Shown one piece after another: positions 50,122 to 58,955 of a stretch of DNA of 64,000 nucleotides. Numbering within the stretch: the stretch's first letter is position 1; every line of letters starts with the position of its first letter. Both the position numbers and the translations under genes were made by a program. A model generated the notes under the pieces. That model was not told where the DNA came from. It ran no database searches and saw only the letters and a program-made list of their open reading frames with translations. Origin of the DNA: Candidatus Eiseniibacteriota bacterium (GTDB taxonomy: Bacteria > Eisenbacteria > RBG-16-71-46); NCBI GenBank assembly GCA_963725865.1, contig CAVSAC010000010.1, positions 96,001 through 160,000 of the forward strand, given 5' to 3'.

Positions 50122-50708
50122 GCCGTCCCCCTCGCGACCCGCGCCCGCCGTCGGCGCCCCCCGGTCAGGCAGGGCACCGGCACCGGGACCGCACACACGC
50201 GCGCGTCCTGCGCGTGCGGATTCGCCAGCAGGCCGTGCGCGCGGTCGCGCGCCTCGGCCAGCTCGGCCGCTCCCGCGTCGGCGTCCGCCAGCGGTTCGAA
50301 GCCGAGGATCCACGCCACGCCCTCACGGACCGCCACGGCGCGCCCGGTGCGGTGCTTCCACCAGCGCTCGGCCGCCGGCCGCCGCTCGCCGCCGCGCTCG
50401 GTCACCACGACCAGCCGCTCCGGCGTCGTCAGCGGAGCGTGCTCCGCGGCACCGAAGCGGACGGTACACCGCTCCTTGTGCGGGTTGTAGAACTGAGTCG
50501 AGTGGTGGAGCAGGTCCTCGATCTCGGCCCGCTCGGGCAGCACGCCGGTCACTTCGAACATCCGCGCGCGGCGCAGGCTCGCGAGCCGGCCGCCGGCCGT
50601 GAGCCGCGCGCGGGCGACGGCGAGCGCGGAGGCCGCCTCCGGGTCGTGCGACACCAGCTCGACCCAGGCCTGCACCGTGCTGCGGGGTGGACGCGGAGCG
50701 GGCATCAT
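50118..50708 (-). CDS. Double-length PurS-like protein
   Basis: 196 aa between purQ and purF; DP motif, first half ends FYNPHKE, second half ends LLANPHAQ (PurS LLANP motif). Confidence 0.6.
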   Translation of the reverse strand: MMPAPRPPRSTVQAWVELVSHDPEAASALAVARARLTAGGRLASLRRARMFEVTGVLPERAEIEDLLHHSTQFYNPHKERCTVRFGAAEHAPLTTPERLVVVTERGGERRPAAERWWKHRTGRAVAVREGVAWILGFEPLADADAGAAELAEARDRAHGLLANPHAQDARVCAVPVPVPCLTGGRRRRARVARGTA

Positions 50709-51515
50709 GCCTCCTCCAGGTGACGGCGCAGGCCGTCGAAGATCAGCAGCCCGGGCCCCGGGGCCGTGAGATCGCCGTCCGCCAGCGCGCGATCGCGCCG
50801 GCGGCCCCAGGCGCCGTCGATGCCGCGCGCGAGCGCGCCCAGGTCCTGCGCGCGCTCGGGGTGCGGCATCAGCGCCAGCACGTTGCCGCGCGCGTTGCAC
50901 ACCGCCGCGGCCGCCACCTCGGAGCCGTTGGGGTTGTCGGGGAACGCCGCGGCCGGCGTGCCGTCCGCGCGCGCGTAGCGCAGCGGCACCTGGCCCTCGG
51001 CGAGCAGCTCCTCCAGCCGCCGCGGGTCGCGCGACACGAAGCGGCCTTCGCCGTGCGCGACCGGCAGCGGCAGCAGCGTGCCCGGTTCCAGCGCGCGCGT
51101 GAACACGCACGCCGACGGCTCGACGCGCGTGACCACCCAGCGCGCGTAGTAGCCGACGCGCTCCGTCATGCGGTTGCGCGCCAGCGCCAGCTCGATGGTG
51201 CCGCCGCCGGGCACCAGCCCCGCCTCGACCAGCACCTGCGCCCCGTTGCAGATCCCGAGCACCGGCTTGCCCACCGCAGCTCCTTCGGCGATGCGCCTCC
51301 ACCAGCGGGTGGTGCGCGGCGAGCGCGCCCGCGCGCACGCGGTCCTGGTACGAGAACCCGCCCGGCAGCACGTACGCATCGAACGCCGTCAGCTCTGCGA
51401 CCGGCCGCGTCCAGTGGAACACCTCGGCCGTCAGTCCGGCGCGCGCGAGCGCCCACCCGGTCTCGGTCTCGCAGTTGACGCCCGGGAACCGCACCACGGC
51501 GACGCGCGCGCTCAC
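50705..51515 (-). pseudogene. purQ: FGAM synthase glutaminase subunit PurQ, split by a 1-nt frameshift near 51293 (pseudogene or sequence error)
   Basis: FPGVNC and LPGGFSYQD in one frame; LGICNG, AHGEGRF, NPNGS, MPHPER in another; span 811 nt = 3n+1. Confidence 0.85.
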
Positions 51516-53863
51516 GAGCGCACCTCCTCGTTCCAGAGCCGCGCCAGCGGCGCGGCGGCCGCGGCGCGCAGCTCCTCGAGCGGCCACTCGAGCGGCGGAT
51601 CCTCGCCGACCAGGCACCGCAGCGCCGGCCGTGCGCTCACCGTGCCGATCGGCCACGCGAGCAGCGAACGCTCGCGCGCCGCCTGGAACAGCCGGGTCGC
51701 GCGCTCGGCGCCCACCTCGAATACGATCCCGGCGCGCTCGCTGAACAGCGCCAGCGCCAGCGGCGCCTCCAGCGTCGTGAGGTCCACGTCGAGTCCGAGC
51801 CCGCTCTCGGGCGGCGCCGCCAGCGCCATCTCCGCGAGCGTGAGGATCAGCCCGCCCTCGCTCACGTCGTGCGCCGCGACCACCCAGCCGCCCTCCGCGG
51901 CCAGCACCGCCAGCTCCTGCAGGCGCGCCTCGCGCGCCAGGTCCAGCGGCGGCGGCGCGCTCGGCTCCGCGCGCAGCACGTCGCGGCGGTAGGCCGATCC
52001 CGTCAGCGTGTCGCGCGGCTCGCCCACGAACACCACGAAGTGTCCGGCCTCGCGCACGGAGATCCCGGTCCCGCGCGCGACGTCGCGCACCACTCCCGCG
52101 CACATCACGATCGGCGAGGGCGGGATCGCCTCGATGCCGGTCTGGTTGTGCAGGCTCACGTTGCCGCTCACGTACGGCAGCGGATGCCCCGGGGCCGCCA
52201 GGCCGCCCAGTGCCGCGGCCGCGGTCGCGAGCCCGTCGATCGTGGCCTCGAGGTCGCCCATCACGTCGGGGTCGCCGGGGTGGCCGAAGTTGAGGCAGTC
52301 GGTCAGCGCCCACGGCCGCCCGCCCGCGCACGCCACGTTGCGCGCGGCCTCCGCGACCGCGTGACGGGCACCGAGCTCGGGGTCGGCGGCGCACCAGTGC
52401 GGATTGCCGCCGACCGCGAACGCCACGCCGGTGGGACGCGCCGGGTGCACGCGGATCACGCTGGCGTCGGCCTCGCCGGGCCGCAGCCAGGTGCGCCCCT
52501 GCACCTCGCTGTCGTAGTGGCGGTACAGGTACTCGCGCGACGCGCCTGCGGTCGATGCGAGGAGCCGCATCACCGACTCGCGCGCCGGCGGCTGGCGCTT
52601 GGCGGGACGCGCCGGCGGCAGCGGATCGCGCCGATGCGCGGGGCGCGGAGCGCGGCGGGCGGCGGTGATCGAATCGACGTCGCACTCCACCACCACGTCG
52701 CCCTGCCAGGTGACGCGGTACGTGGCCGACTCGGAGGCATGGCCGATCACGCTCGCGCCGGCGCCCGGGTACACGTCGCCGAGCGCGAACTCGTGCGTGT
52801 AGAGCTCCACCAGCTCGGCGGCGAACGAGTCCGGGACCACCCAGCAGTAACGCTCCTGGGTCTCGGCGTTCAGCAGCACCTCGGGCGGCAGCGGGCGCGC
52901 GACGCGATGCAGCGCGTCCAGCACGATCGACGCACCGCGCCCGCCGGCGGCCGCCAGCTCGCTGGTAGCGCACGCGACCCCGCCGGCGCCGAGGTCCTTG
53001 AAGCCCGCGCGGATCCCGCGCTCGCGCACGCGGCGGAACGCCTCCGCGTTCGCGACGTGGAGCACCCGCTTGAGGAACGGATCCGGCAGCTGCACCGCAC
53101 CCCGCTGCTCGCCGCCCAGCTCGCCCGAGGCGAACGCCGCGCCTCCGAACCCGCTCTCGTCGGTGGGCTTGCCGATCAGCACGAACGCCCACGGGCCGTC
53201 GCCGTCGGGCACCCGGCTGCGCAGCAGTCCGTCGCGCGGGGCGATCCCCACCGCCATCACGTTGACGAGGCAGTGGCGGTCGAAGCCGCGCGCGAACACC
53301 GCGTCGCCGCCGAGGTTCGGCACGCCGAGCGCGTTCGCGTAGTCGGCGATGCCCTGCACCACGCCGCGCACCACGTCGCGCCCGTGCACGCCCGCCACCG
53401 GGTCGCCGAATCGCAGCGCGTCGAGCACCCCCACCACCTCGGCGCCCATGCAGCCGACGTCGCGGACGATGCCGCCCACCCCGGTCGCCGCGCCCTCCAC
53501 CGGCAGCACCTGGCTCGGATGGTTGTGGCTCTCGTGCGCGAGCACCAGCACGAGGTCGTCGCAGGGCGCCGGCAGCGCCACCACGCCCGCGTCCTCGCCG
53601 GGTCCGAGGATCACCTGGGGCGCGGTGGTCGGCAGCCGCGAGAGCAGGTGCCGGGTCGACTTGTACGAGCAGTGCTCGCTCCACAGGATCCCGAACAGCA
53701 CCGCCTCGGCCCAGCGCGGCGGACGGCCGAGCAGCTCGCCGAGCAGCGTGACCTCCTCCGGCTCCAGCGCGACGCCGAGCGCCTTCAGGCGCGCGGCGAC
53801 TGCGGCGGGCTCGCGCGCCTCCTCGAGCGTCCACGCCGCCTGCGCGGCGCCGACCGCGCTCAC
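51512..53863 (-). CDS. purL: Phosphoribosylformylglycinamidine synthase subunit PurL (small type)
   Basis: WSEHCSYKS, GPGEDAG, ESHNHPS, GAATGVGGIVRD, DLGAGG, ETQER, DCLNFG, VSGNVSL, HDVSEGG. Confidence 0.95.
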   Translation of the reverse strand: MSAVGAAQAAWTLEEAREPAAVAARLKALGVALEPEEVTLLGELLGRPPRWAEAVLFGILWSEHCSYKSTRHLLSRLPTTAPQVILGPGEDAGVVALPAPCDDLVLVLAHESHNHPSQVLPVEGAATGVGGIVRDVGCMGAEVVGVLDALRFGDPVAGVHGRDVVRGVVQGIADYANALGVPNLGGDAVFARGFDRHCLVNVMAVGIAPRDGLLRSRVPDGDGPWAFVLIGKPTDESGFGGAAFASGELGGEQRGAVQLPDPFLKRVLHVANAEAFRRVRERGIRAGFKDLGAGGVACATSELAAAGGRGASIVLDALHRVARPLPPEVLLNAETQERYCWVVPDSFAAELVELYTHEFALGDVYPGAGASVIGHASESATYRVTWQGDVVVECDVDSITAARRAPRPAHRRDPLPPARPAKRQPPARESVMRLLASTAGASREYLYRHYDSEVQGRTWLRPGEADASVIRVHPARPTGVAFAVGGNPHWCAADPELGARHAVAEAARNVACAGGRPWALTDCLNFGHPGDPDVMGDLEATIDGLATAAAALGGLAAPGHPLPYVSGNVSLHNQTGIEAIPPSPIVMCAGVVRDVARGTGISVREAGHFVVFVGEPRDTLTGSAYRRDVLRAEPSAPPPLDLAREARLQELAVLAAEGGWVVAAHDVSEGGLILTLAEMALAAPPESGLGLDVDLTTLEAPLALALFSERAGIVFEVGAERATRLFQAARERSLLAWPIGTVSARPALRCLVGEDPPLEWPLEELRAAAAAPLARLWNEEVRS

Positions 53864-55158
53864 GCCGGCCTCGCGGCGCGCCCGAAGATCGCGTCGACAC
53901 TGCGGAAGAACACGCTCAGGTCGAAGCACTCGGCCAGCCGCTCGGGCGCGAGCCACCGCGTCACCGCGGGATCGGCCGCGAGGCCGTCGCGGAAGCCCGC
54001 GCCGCCGTCGAGGGCCGCGAGCGCGTGCCGCTGCACGATGGCGTAGGCCTCGTCGCGGCCGAGCCCCGCGGCGGTGAGCGCGAGCAGCACCCGCTGGGAG
54101 CACACCAGACCGCCGCCGGCCTCGAGGTGGGCACGCATGCGATCCGGGTAGACGCGCAGGTCCTCGAGCACCTCGGCCATCTCGAACGTCATGAAGTCCA
54201 GCGCGAGGAACGCGTCGGGCAGCACCACGCGCTCCACCGAGGAGTGGCTGATGTCGCGCTCGTGCCACAGGGCCTGGTCCTCGAGCGCCGCGAGGGCGCC
54301 GCCGCGCACCACGCGCGCGAGCCCGCACACCCGCTCGCAGCGGACCGGGTTCCGCTTGTGCGGCATCGCGGAGGAGCCCTTCTGGCCCGCCCGGAACGGC
54401 TCCTCGGCCTCGCGCACTTCGGTGCGCTGCAGGTGGCGCACCTCGAGCGCGATGCGCTCGAGCGAGCCCGCGAGCACCGCCAGCGTGGTCATCAGCGCCG
54501 CGTGCCGGTCGCGCTGGACGATCTGGGTGGCGACCGGCTCGGGCGCGAGCCCGAGGCGCGCGAGCGCGCCCTGCTCGACGCGCGGCGGCACGTGGACCAG
54601 CGTGCCGACGGCGCCCGAGAACTTCCCGACCGCGCAGCCCCGGAGCGCCGCCTCGAGCCGGGCGATCGAGCGCCCGAGCTCCTCGCTCCAGCCGAGGCAC
54701 TTGAGCCCGAACGTGATCGGCTCGGCGTGCACGCCGTGCGTGCGTCCCACCATCGGGGTCGCGCGGTGGCGCTCGGCGAGCGCATACGCCGCGCGGCGCA
54801 CCCGCGCCAGTTGGACGAGCAGCACGCTCCCGGCCTCACCGATCTGCAGCGCGAGCGCGGTGTCGACCAGGTCGGAGGAGGTGAGCCCCGCGTGCAGGTG
54901 GCGGGCGTCGTCGCCGGCGCTCTCGGCCACCATCGAGAGGAACGCGATCACGTCGTGGTGGACCGTGGCCTCGATGGCCAGCATCCGCGCGCCATCGAGC
55001 CGCACGCGGGCACGCACGCGCTCGGCGGTGCCGGCCGGCACCTCGCCGGCCGCCTCGCGCTCCGCGGTCGCCGCCAGCTCCACCTCGAGCCACAGCGCGA
55101 GCCGGCGATCGTCGCTCCAGACCGCCGCCATCTCCGCCCGCGCGTAGCGGTCGATCAT
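53860..55158 (-). CDS. purB: Adenylosuccinate lyase
   Basis: MIDRY, HDVIAF, GLTSSD, GRTHGVHAEP, GSSAMPHKRNP, WHERDISHSSVER. Confidence 0.96.
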   Translation of the reverse strand: MIDRYARAEMAAVWSDDRRLALWLEVELAATAEREAAGEVPAGTAERVRARVRLDGARMLAIEATVHHDVIAFLSMVAESAGDDARHLHAGLTSSDLVDTALALQIGEAGSVLLVQLARVRRAAYALAERHRATPMVGRTHGVHAEPITFGLKCLGWSEELGRSIARLEAALRGCAVGKFSGAVGTLVHVPPRVEQGALARLGLAPEPVATQIVQRDRHAALMTTLAVLAGSLERIALEVRHLQRTEVREAEEPFRAGQKGSSAMPHKRNPVRCERVCGLARVVRGGALAALEDQALWHERDISHSSVERVVLPDAFLALDFMTFEMAEVLEDLRVYPDRMRAHLEAGGGLVCSQRVLLALTAAGLGRDEAYAIVQRHALAALDGGAGFRDGLAADPAVTRWLAPERLAECFDLSVFFRSVDAIFGRAARPA

Positions 55159-56318
55159 CGGGGGCCCCGCGGCGCCTCGGCGAGGGTGACCGTGACGGTG
55201 AGGGCCTTGCCGTCGCGCTCCAGCCCGAGCGTGAGCCGGTCCCCGACCGCTGCTCCGTAGATCGCCCCCTGCGCGTCGTCGACCGACTTGATCGGCGCGC
55301 CGTTCACGCTGCGCAGGCGATCGGCGACGTGCACCCCGGCCTTCTCCGCGGGCCCCCCCGGCTCCACTCGCGAGACGACCAGCCCCGAGACGTCCCGGAA
55401 TCCCAGCCGCTGCGCCAGGTAGGGCGTCACCGGCTGGACCTGGAATCCCGGCCAGGCCGCGCGCACGCGGCCGTAGGTGCGGATCTCGTCCAGGATCCGG
55501 CGCGCGAAGTTGACCGGGATCGCGAAGCCGAGCCCGATCGAGCCGCCACCCTGAGTGAAGATGAAGGTGTTGATCCCGATCACCTCGCCGTCGCCGTTCA
55601 CGAGCGGACCGCCGCTGTTGCCCGGATTGATCGCGGCATCGGTCTGGATCATGTTCTTGTACACGCCGCTCTCGGTCGCCTCGCTCTTGATATCGCGGCG
55701 CGTGGCGCTGATCACGCCGGCGGTCACGGTCGGCTGGGTGTCGTTGAGCAGGAAGCCGAACGGGCTGCCGATCGCGATCGCCCACTCCCCCACCACGAGG
55801 TCGTCGCTGTCGCCGAGCGGCGCCGCGGGGAGGCCCTTGCCCTCGACCTTCAGCACGGCGAGGTCGTACGTGGTGCTGCCCCCGAGCACCTTGGCCGGCA
55901 GCTGCCGGCCGTCGCCGAGCGTCACCGTGATCTGCTCGGCGTCCTGCACGACGTGCGAATTGGTGAGGATCACGCCGCTCGGGTCCACGATCACGCCCGA
56001 GCCGAGCGACGGGATGCGCTCGCGATACTGCATCGGCGGATAGAAGCGCTCCCAGAACTCGTCGCGCAGCGCGCCCCCGAACGGGTCGCTGCGCACCACG
56101 CGCGTCGCCACGACGCTGACCGAGACCACGGCGGGGCTCACGCGCTGCGCCGCGGTCACGATCGCGGTGCGGCGGCTCGCCGACAGGGTCTCCGCCGCGC
56201 TCGCCACCGCCGTGACGTGGCCGGCGGACGGCCACAGCCGCACGATCGTGATCGCGGCCAGCAGCCCCGCCAGCAGTCCGACTCCGAACACCACCCCGGT
56301 GAAGCGTCCGCGCTTCAT
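55155..56318 (-). CDS. HtrA/DegS-family serine protease with one PDZ domain
   Basis: N-terminal TM, TNSHVV, DLAVLKV, IQTDAAINPGNSGGPL, C-terminal PDZ. Confidence 0.93.
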   Translation of the reverse strand: MKRGRFTGVVFGVGLLAGLLAAITIVRLWPSAGHVTAVASAAETLSASRRTAIVTAAQRVSPAVVSVSVVATRVVRSDPFGGALRDEFWERFYPPMQYRERIPSLGSGVIVDPSGVILTNSHVVQDAEQITVTLGDGRQLPAKVLGGSTTYDLAVLKVEGKGLPAAPLGDSDDLVVGEWAIAIGSPFGFLLNDTQPTVTAGVISATRRDIKSEATESGVYKNMIQTDAAINPGNSGGPLVNGDGEVIGINTFIFTQGGGSIGLGFAIPVNFARRILDEIRTYGRVRAAWPGFQVQPVTPYLAQRLGFRDVSGLVVSRVEPGGPAEKAGVHVADRLRSVNGAPIKSVDDAQGAIYGAAVGDRLTLGLERDGKALTVTVTLAEAPRGPR

Positions 56319-57061
56319 GGCTCGTCCCCCGGATAGAAGACCTGTTCGAACACCAGCCCCTGCGGCGGCGCAGTGGTGCCGCCGCGCGAGCGCGCGCCCG
56401 ATTCCAGCACGGCGCGCATCGCCTCCGCCGGATCGGCGGCCTCGGCGGCCACCAGGGCGGTGCCCACGATATTGCGCACCATGTGGTACACGAAGTGGTC
56501 CGCGGTCACGTCGATCCGCACTCCCTGCTCCCAGGCGACCGCCGTCGCGCGAATCATGCGGCAGCGCGACTCCGCCGGACTGCTACCCGCCGCGCGGAAC
56601 GCCGCGAAGTCGTGCTCGCCGAGCAGCGCGCCGACCGCGCGATCGAGCGCCCCGCACTGCAGCGGACGCCGCGGGTGCCAGGCGATGCGTCCCAGCAGCA
56701 CGTCCTCCTCGCGCAGCAGATGGTAGGCGTAGCGGCGCGCGATCGCGTCCCGCCGCGCGTCGAAACCCGGCGCCACGATGTCCGCTCCGCGCACGCGGAC
56801 GTCGTCCGGCAGCGCGCGGTTGAGCAGCGGGGACAGCGCGCTCGCCGGCAGGTGGGTCGGCGACGAGAAGGTCGCCACCTGGCCGCGGGCGTGCACGCCC
56901 GCGTCGGTCCTCCCCGCTCCGGTGATCCGCACGCTCGGCTCCCCCAGGATCTCCGTCAGCACCCGCTCGAGGGTGCCCTGCACGGTGCGCCGCGCGGGCT
57001 GTCGCTGCCAGCCGTGGAACGCGGTGCCGTCGTAGGCGACCACGAGCCTGAACGTCCTCAC
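56315..57061 (-). CDS. truA: tRNA pseudouridine(38-40) synthase
   Basis: YDGTAFHGWQRQ, GAGRTDAGVHA, GEHDFAAF, HMVRNIVG, TAPPQGL; alternative ATG at 57076. Confidence 0.95.
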   Translation of the reverse strand: MRTFRLVVAYDGTAFHGWQRQPARRTVQGTLERVLTEILGEPSVRITGAGRTDAGVHARGQVATFSSPTHLPASALSPLLNRALPDDVRVRGADIVAPGFDARRDAIARRYAYHLLREEDVLLGRIAWHPRRPLQCGALDRAVGALLGEHDFAAFRAAGSSPAESRCRMIRATAVAWEQGVRIDVTADHFVYHMVRNIVGTALVAAEAADPAEAMRAVLESGARSRGGTTAPPQGLVFEQVFYPGDEP

Positions 57062-57840
57062 CCGGACCGCCAGCATAGCGCGAGCGCTGCCAGCGCCAGT
57101 CCCGCCCATCCGCCCCAGCCCGGCGCGCGGGCCGCGGGCAGCGCGCGGGCGTGCCAGTGCCGCGCCTCGAGCGCGAGCGCCAGCTGCTCGGCACGCTCCA
57201 TCGCCCCCACCAGCGCGGGCACCAGGGTCGCGCGCGCGCGCGTCAGGCGCTCGCCGGCGGTGCGCGGTGGGCGGCCCGCCCGCAGCGTCTGCAGCCGTGC
57301 GATGCGCCGCGTCTCGTCCCGCAGCAGCGGTGCCACCCGCAGCGCCAGACCCAGCACCGCGTGCGCGCGCCGCACCGGCACGCCGAGGCGCTCCAGCGGC
57401 GCGAGCGCGCGGGCCAGCTCGTCGGCCGCGCGCTCGCCCGGCCACGCCGCGCGCAGTCCGTGGACCGCGACGGCGGCGCCCACCACGCGCAGCGCGAGCA
57501 GCACGCCGAGCCCCGCCCCCTCGAACGTGGCCGGGTGACCGAGCAGTACGGGCAGCGGGAGCGCGCGCCCGCGCACCAGCCACAGATTGAGCGCCAGCGA
57601 GACGAGCGCCACGCCGCCGAGGCCCAGCCACCAGGCGCGCGCCGGCCATCGCGCGCCGGCCGCCGCGGCGCCCAGTGCGCCCACCAGCAGCGCCGCGCCC
57701 GCGGTCTCGAAGCGGCCCGCCACCAGCGCGGCCGCCATCGCCCCGAGCAGCAGTCCGCCGCCCTGTCCCGCGCGCCCCGGCGTCGCAGCGGCGTCCCCGG
57801 AGGCGCGGGTCCGCATCGGCTCGAGCGCTCCCACGCTCAT
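57058..57840 (-). CDS. ecfT: Energy-coupling factor transporter T component (EcfT/CbiQ family), divergent
   Basis: TM helices then LAPLERLGVP...LALRVAPLL.DE..RI..LQTLRAG and AEQLALALEARHW, degenerate EcfT ARG motifs. Confidence 0.75.
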   Translation of the reverse strand: MSVGALEPMRTRASGDAAATPGRAGQGGGLLLGAMAAALVAGRFETAGAALLVGALGAAAAGARWPARAWWLGLGGVALVSLALNLWLVRGRALPLPVLLGHPATFEGAGLGVLLALRVVGAAVAVHGLRAAWPGERAADELARALAPLERLGVPVRRAHAVLGLALRVAPLLRDETRRIARLQTLRAGRPPRTAGERLTRARATLVPALVGAMERAEQLALALEARHWHARALPAARAPGWGGWAGLALAALALCWRSG

Positions 57841-58853
57841 CGGCGCCCCGCCCCGATGCGCACCAGGCACTCCGCGATCTGCACGGCATTCAGCGCCGCG
57901 CCCTTGCGCAGGTTGTCGGACGCGCAGAAGTACACCAGCCCGCGCGGATGCGTGAGGTCGTGGCGCGCGCGTCCCACGAGCACCTCGTCGCCGCCGGCCG
58001 CCTCGAGCGGCGTCGGGTAGCGCTGCGAGCCGGGGTCGTCGACGACGCGCACGCCGGGGAACGCGGACCAGAGCCGCCGCGCCTCGGCGGGGCCGATGCC
58101 GGGATCGAACACCGCCTCGATCGCCGCGCAGTGGCCCACGCGCACCGGGACGCGCACCGCCGTGCAGGTCACCGGCAGGTCCGGCAGCGCGAGGATCTTG
58201 CGCGTCTCCCACACCACCTTCATCTCCTCGCGCGTGTAGCCGTTCTCTTCGAAGCGATCGATCTGCGGGATCACGTTGAACGCGAACGGCGCCCGGCCGC
58301 CGGGACGCGGCGGCGGCGGGCCGTCGAGCCCCGCGCGCACTCCCTCGTCGAGCGCCTCGACCGCCTCCGACCCCGCGCCGGAGACCGACTGGTAGGTCGC
58401 CACCGACAGCCGCTCGAGGCGCGCCACGTGCGTGAGCGGCGCGAGCGTCATGGCCACGCCGATGGTGGAGCAGTTGGGATTCGCGATGAGCATCGGGTGG
58501 GCGTCCAGCAAGGCGCCGTTGATCTCCGGCACCACGAGCGGCACCGCGTCGACGTAGCGGAACGCGCTGCTGTTGTCGATGACCTGCGCACCGGCCGCCC
58601 GCGCCACCTTCGCCCACCGTTGCGCGAGGTCGTTGGGGACCGCGAACAGCGCGATGTCGATGCCGTCGAACGCGTGGTCGTCGGCCGGCACGACCGGGAC
58701 GGCGCCGCCGCGGAACGGCAGCGCGCGCGCGCCGGAGCGATCGCTCGCGAGCAGGCGCACGGTGTCGCAGGGGAACGCACGCTCCTCGAGGCACCCGAGC
58801 ATGGTGCGGCCCACCAGCCCCGTGGCTCCCAGGATCGCCACGGAACGAATCAT
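57837..58853 (-). CDS. asd: Aspartate-semialdehyde dehydrogenase
   Basis: GATGLVG, IDNSSAFR, VPEIN, IANPNCST, TYQSVSGAG, DNLRKGAALNAVQI. Confidence 0.96.
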   Translation of the reverse strand: MIRSVAILGATGLVGRTMLGCLEERAFPCDTVRLLASDRSGARALPFRGGAVPVVPADDHAFDGIDIALFAVPNDLAQRWAKVARAAGAQVIDNSSAFRYVDAVPLVVPEINGALLDAHPMLIANPNCSTIGVAMTLAPLTHVARLERLSVATYQSVSGAGSEAVEALDEGVRAGLDGPPPPRPGGRAPFAFNVIPQIDRFEENGYTREEMKVVWETRKILALPDLPVTCTAVRVPVRVGHCAAIEAVFDPGIGPAEARRLWSAFPGVRVVDDPGSQRYPTPLEAAGGDEVLVGRARHDLTHPRGLVYFCASDNLRKGAALNAVQIAECLVRIGAGRR

Positions 58854-58925
58854 GCGCCCATCCGGATCGGCGTCACGGCACCGTTGCTCCGTCGAAGGGT
58901 GGTGGGGACGGCGTGCGAATCCGGC

Positions 58926-58955
58926 ATGTTAGGTGCGGCCTGCGCGGGCTGTCAA
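58926..58955 (-). promoter_or_regulatory. sigma70-like promoter for asd overlapping the lnt stop
   Basis: TTGACA-N18-TAACAT. Confidence 0.55.

Noticed and set aside
51285..51300. Programmed ribosomal frameshift in purQ
   Set aside because: No slippery heptamer, homopolymer or shifty stop at the site
50118..53900. 1260-aa ORF of the size of a large single-chain PurL
   Set aside because: Composite of an off-frame shadow of purL, the PurQ N-terminus and the PurS-like gene, joined by the frameshift
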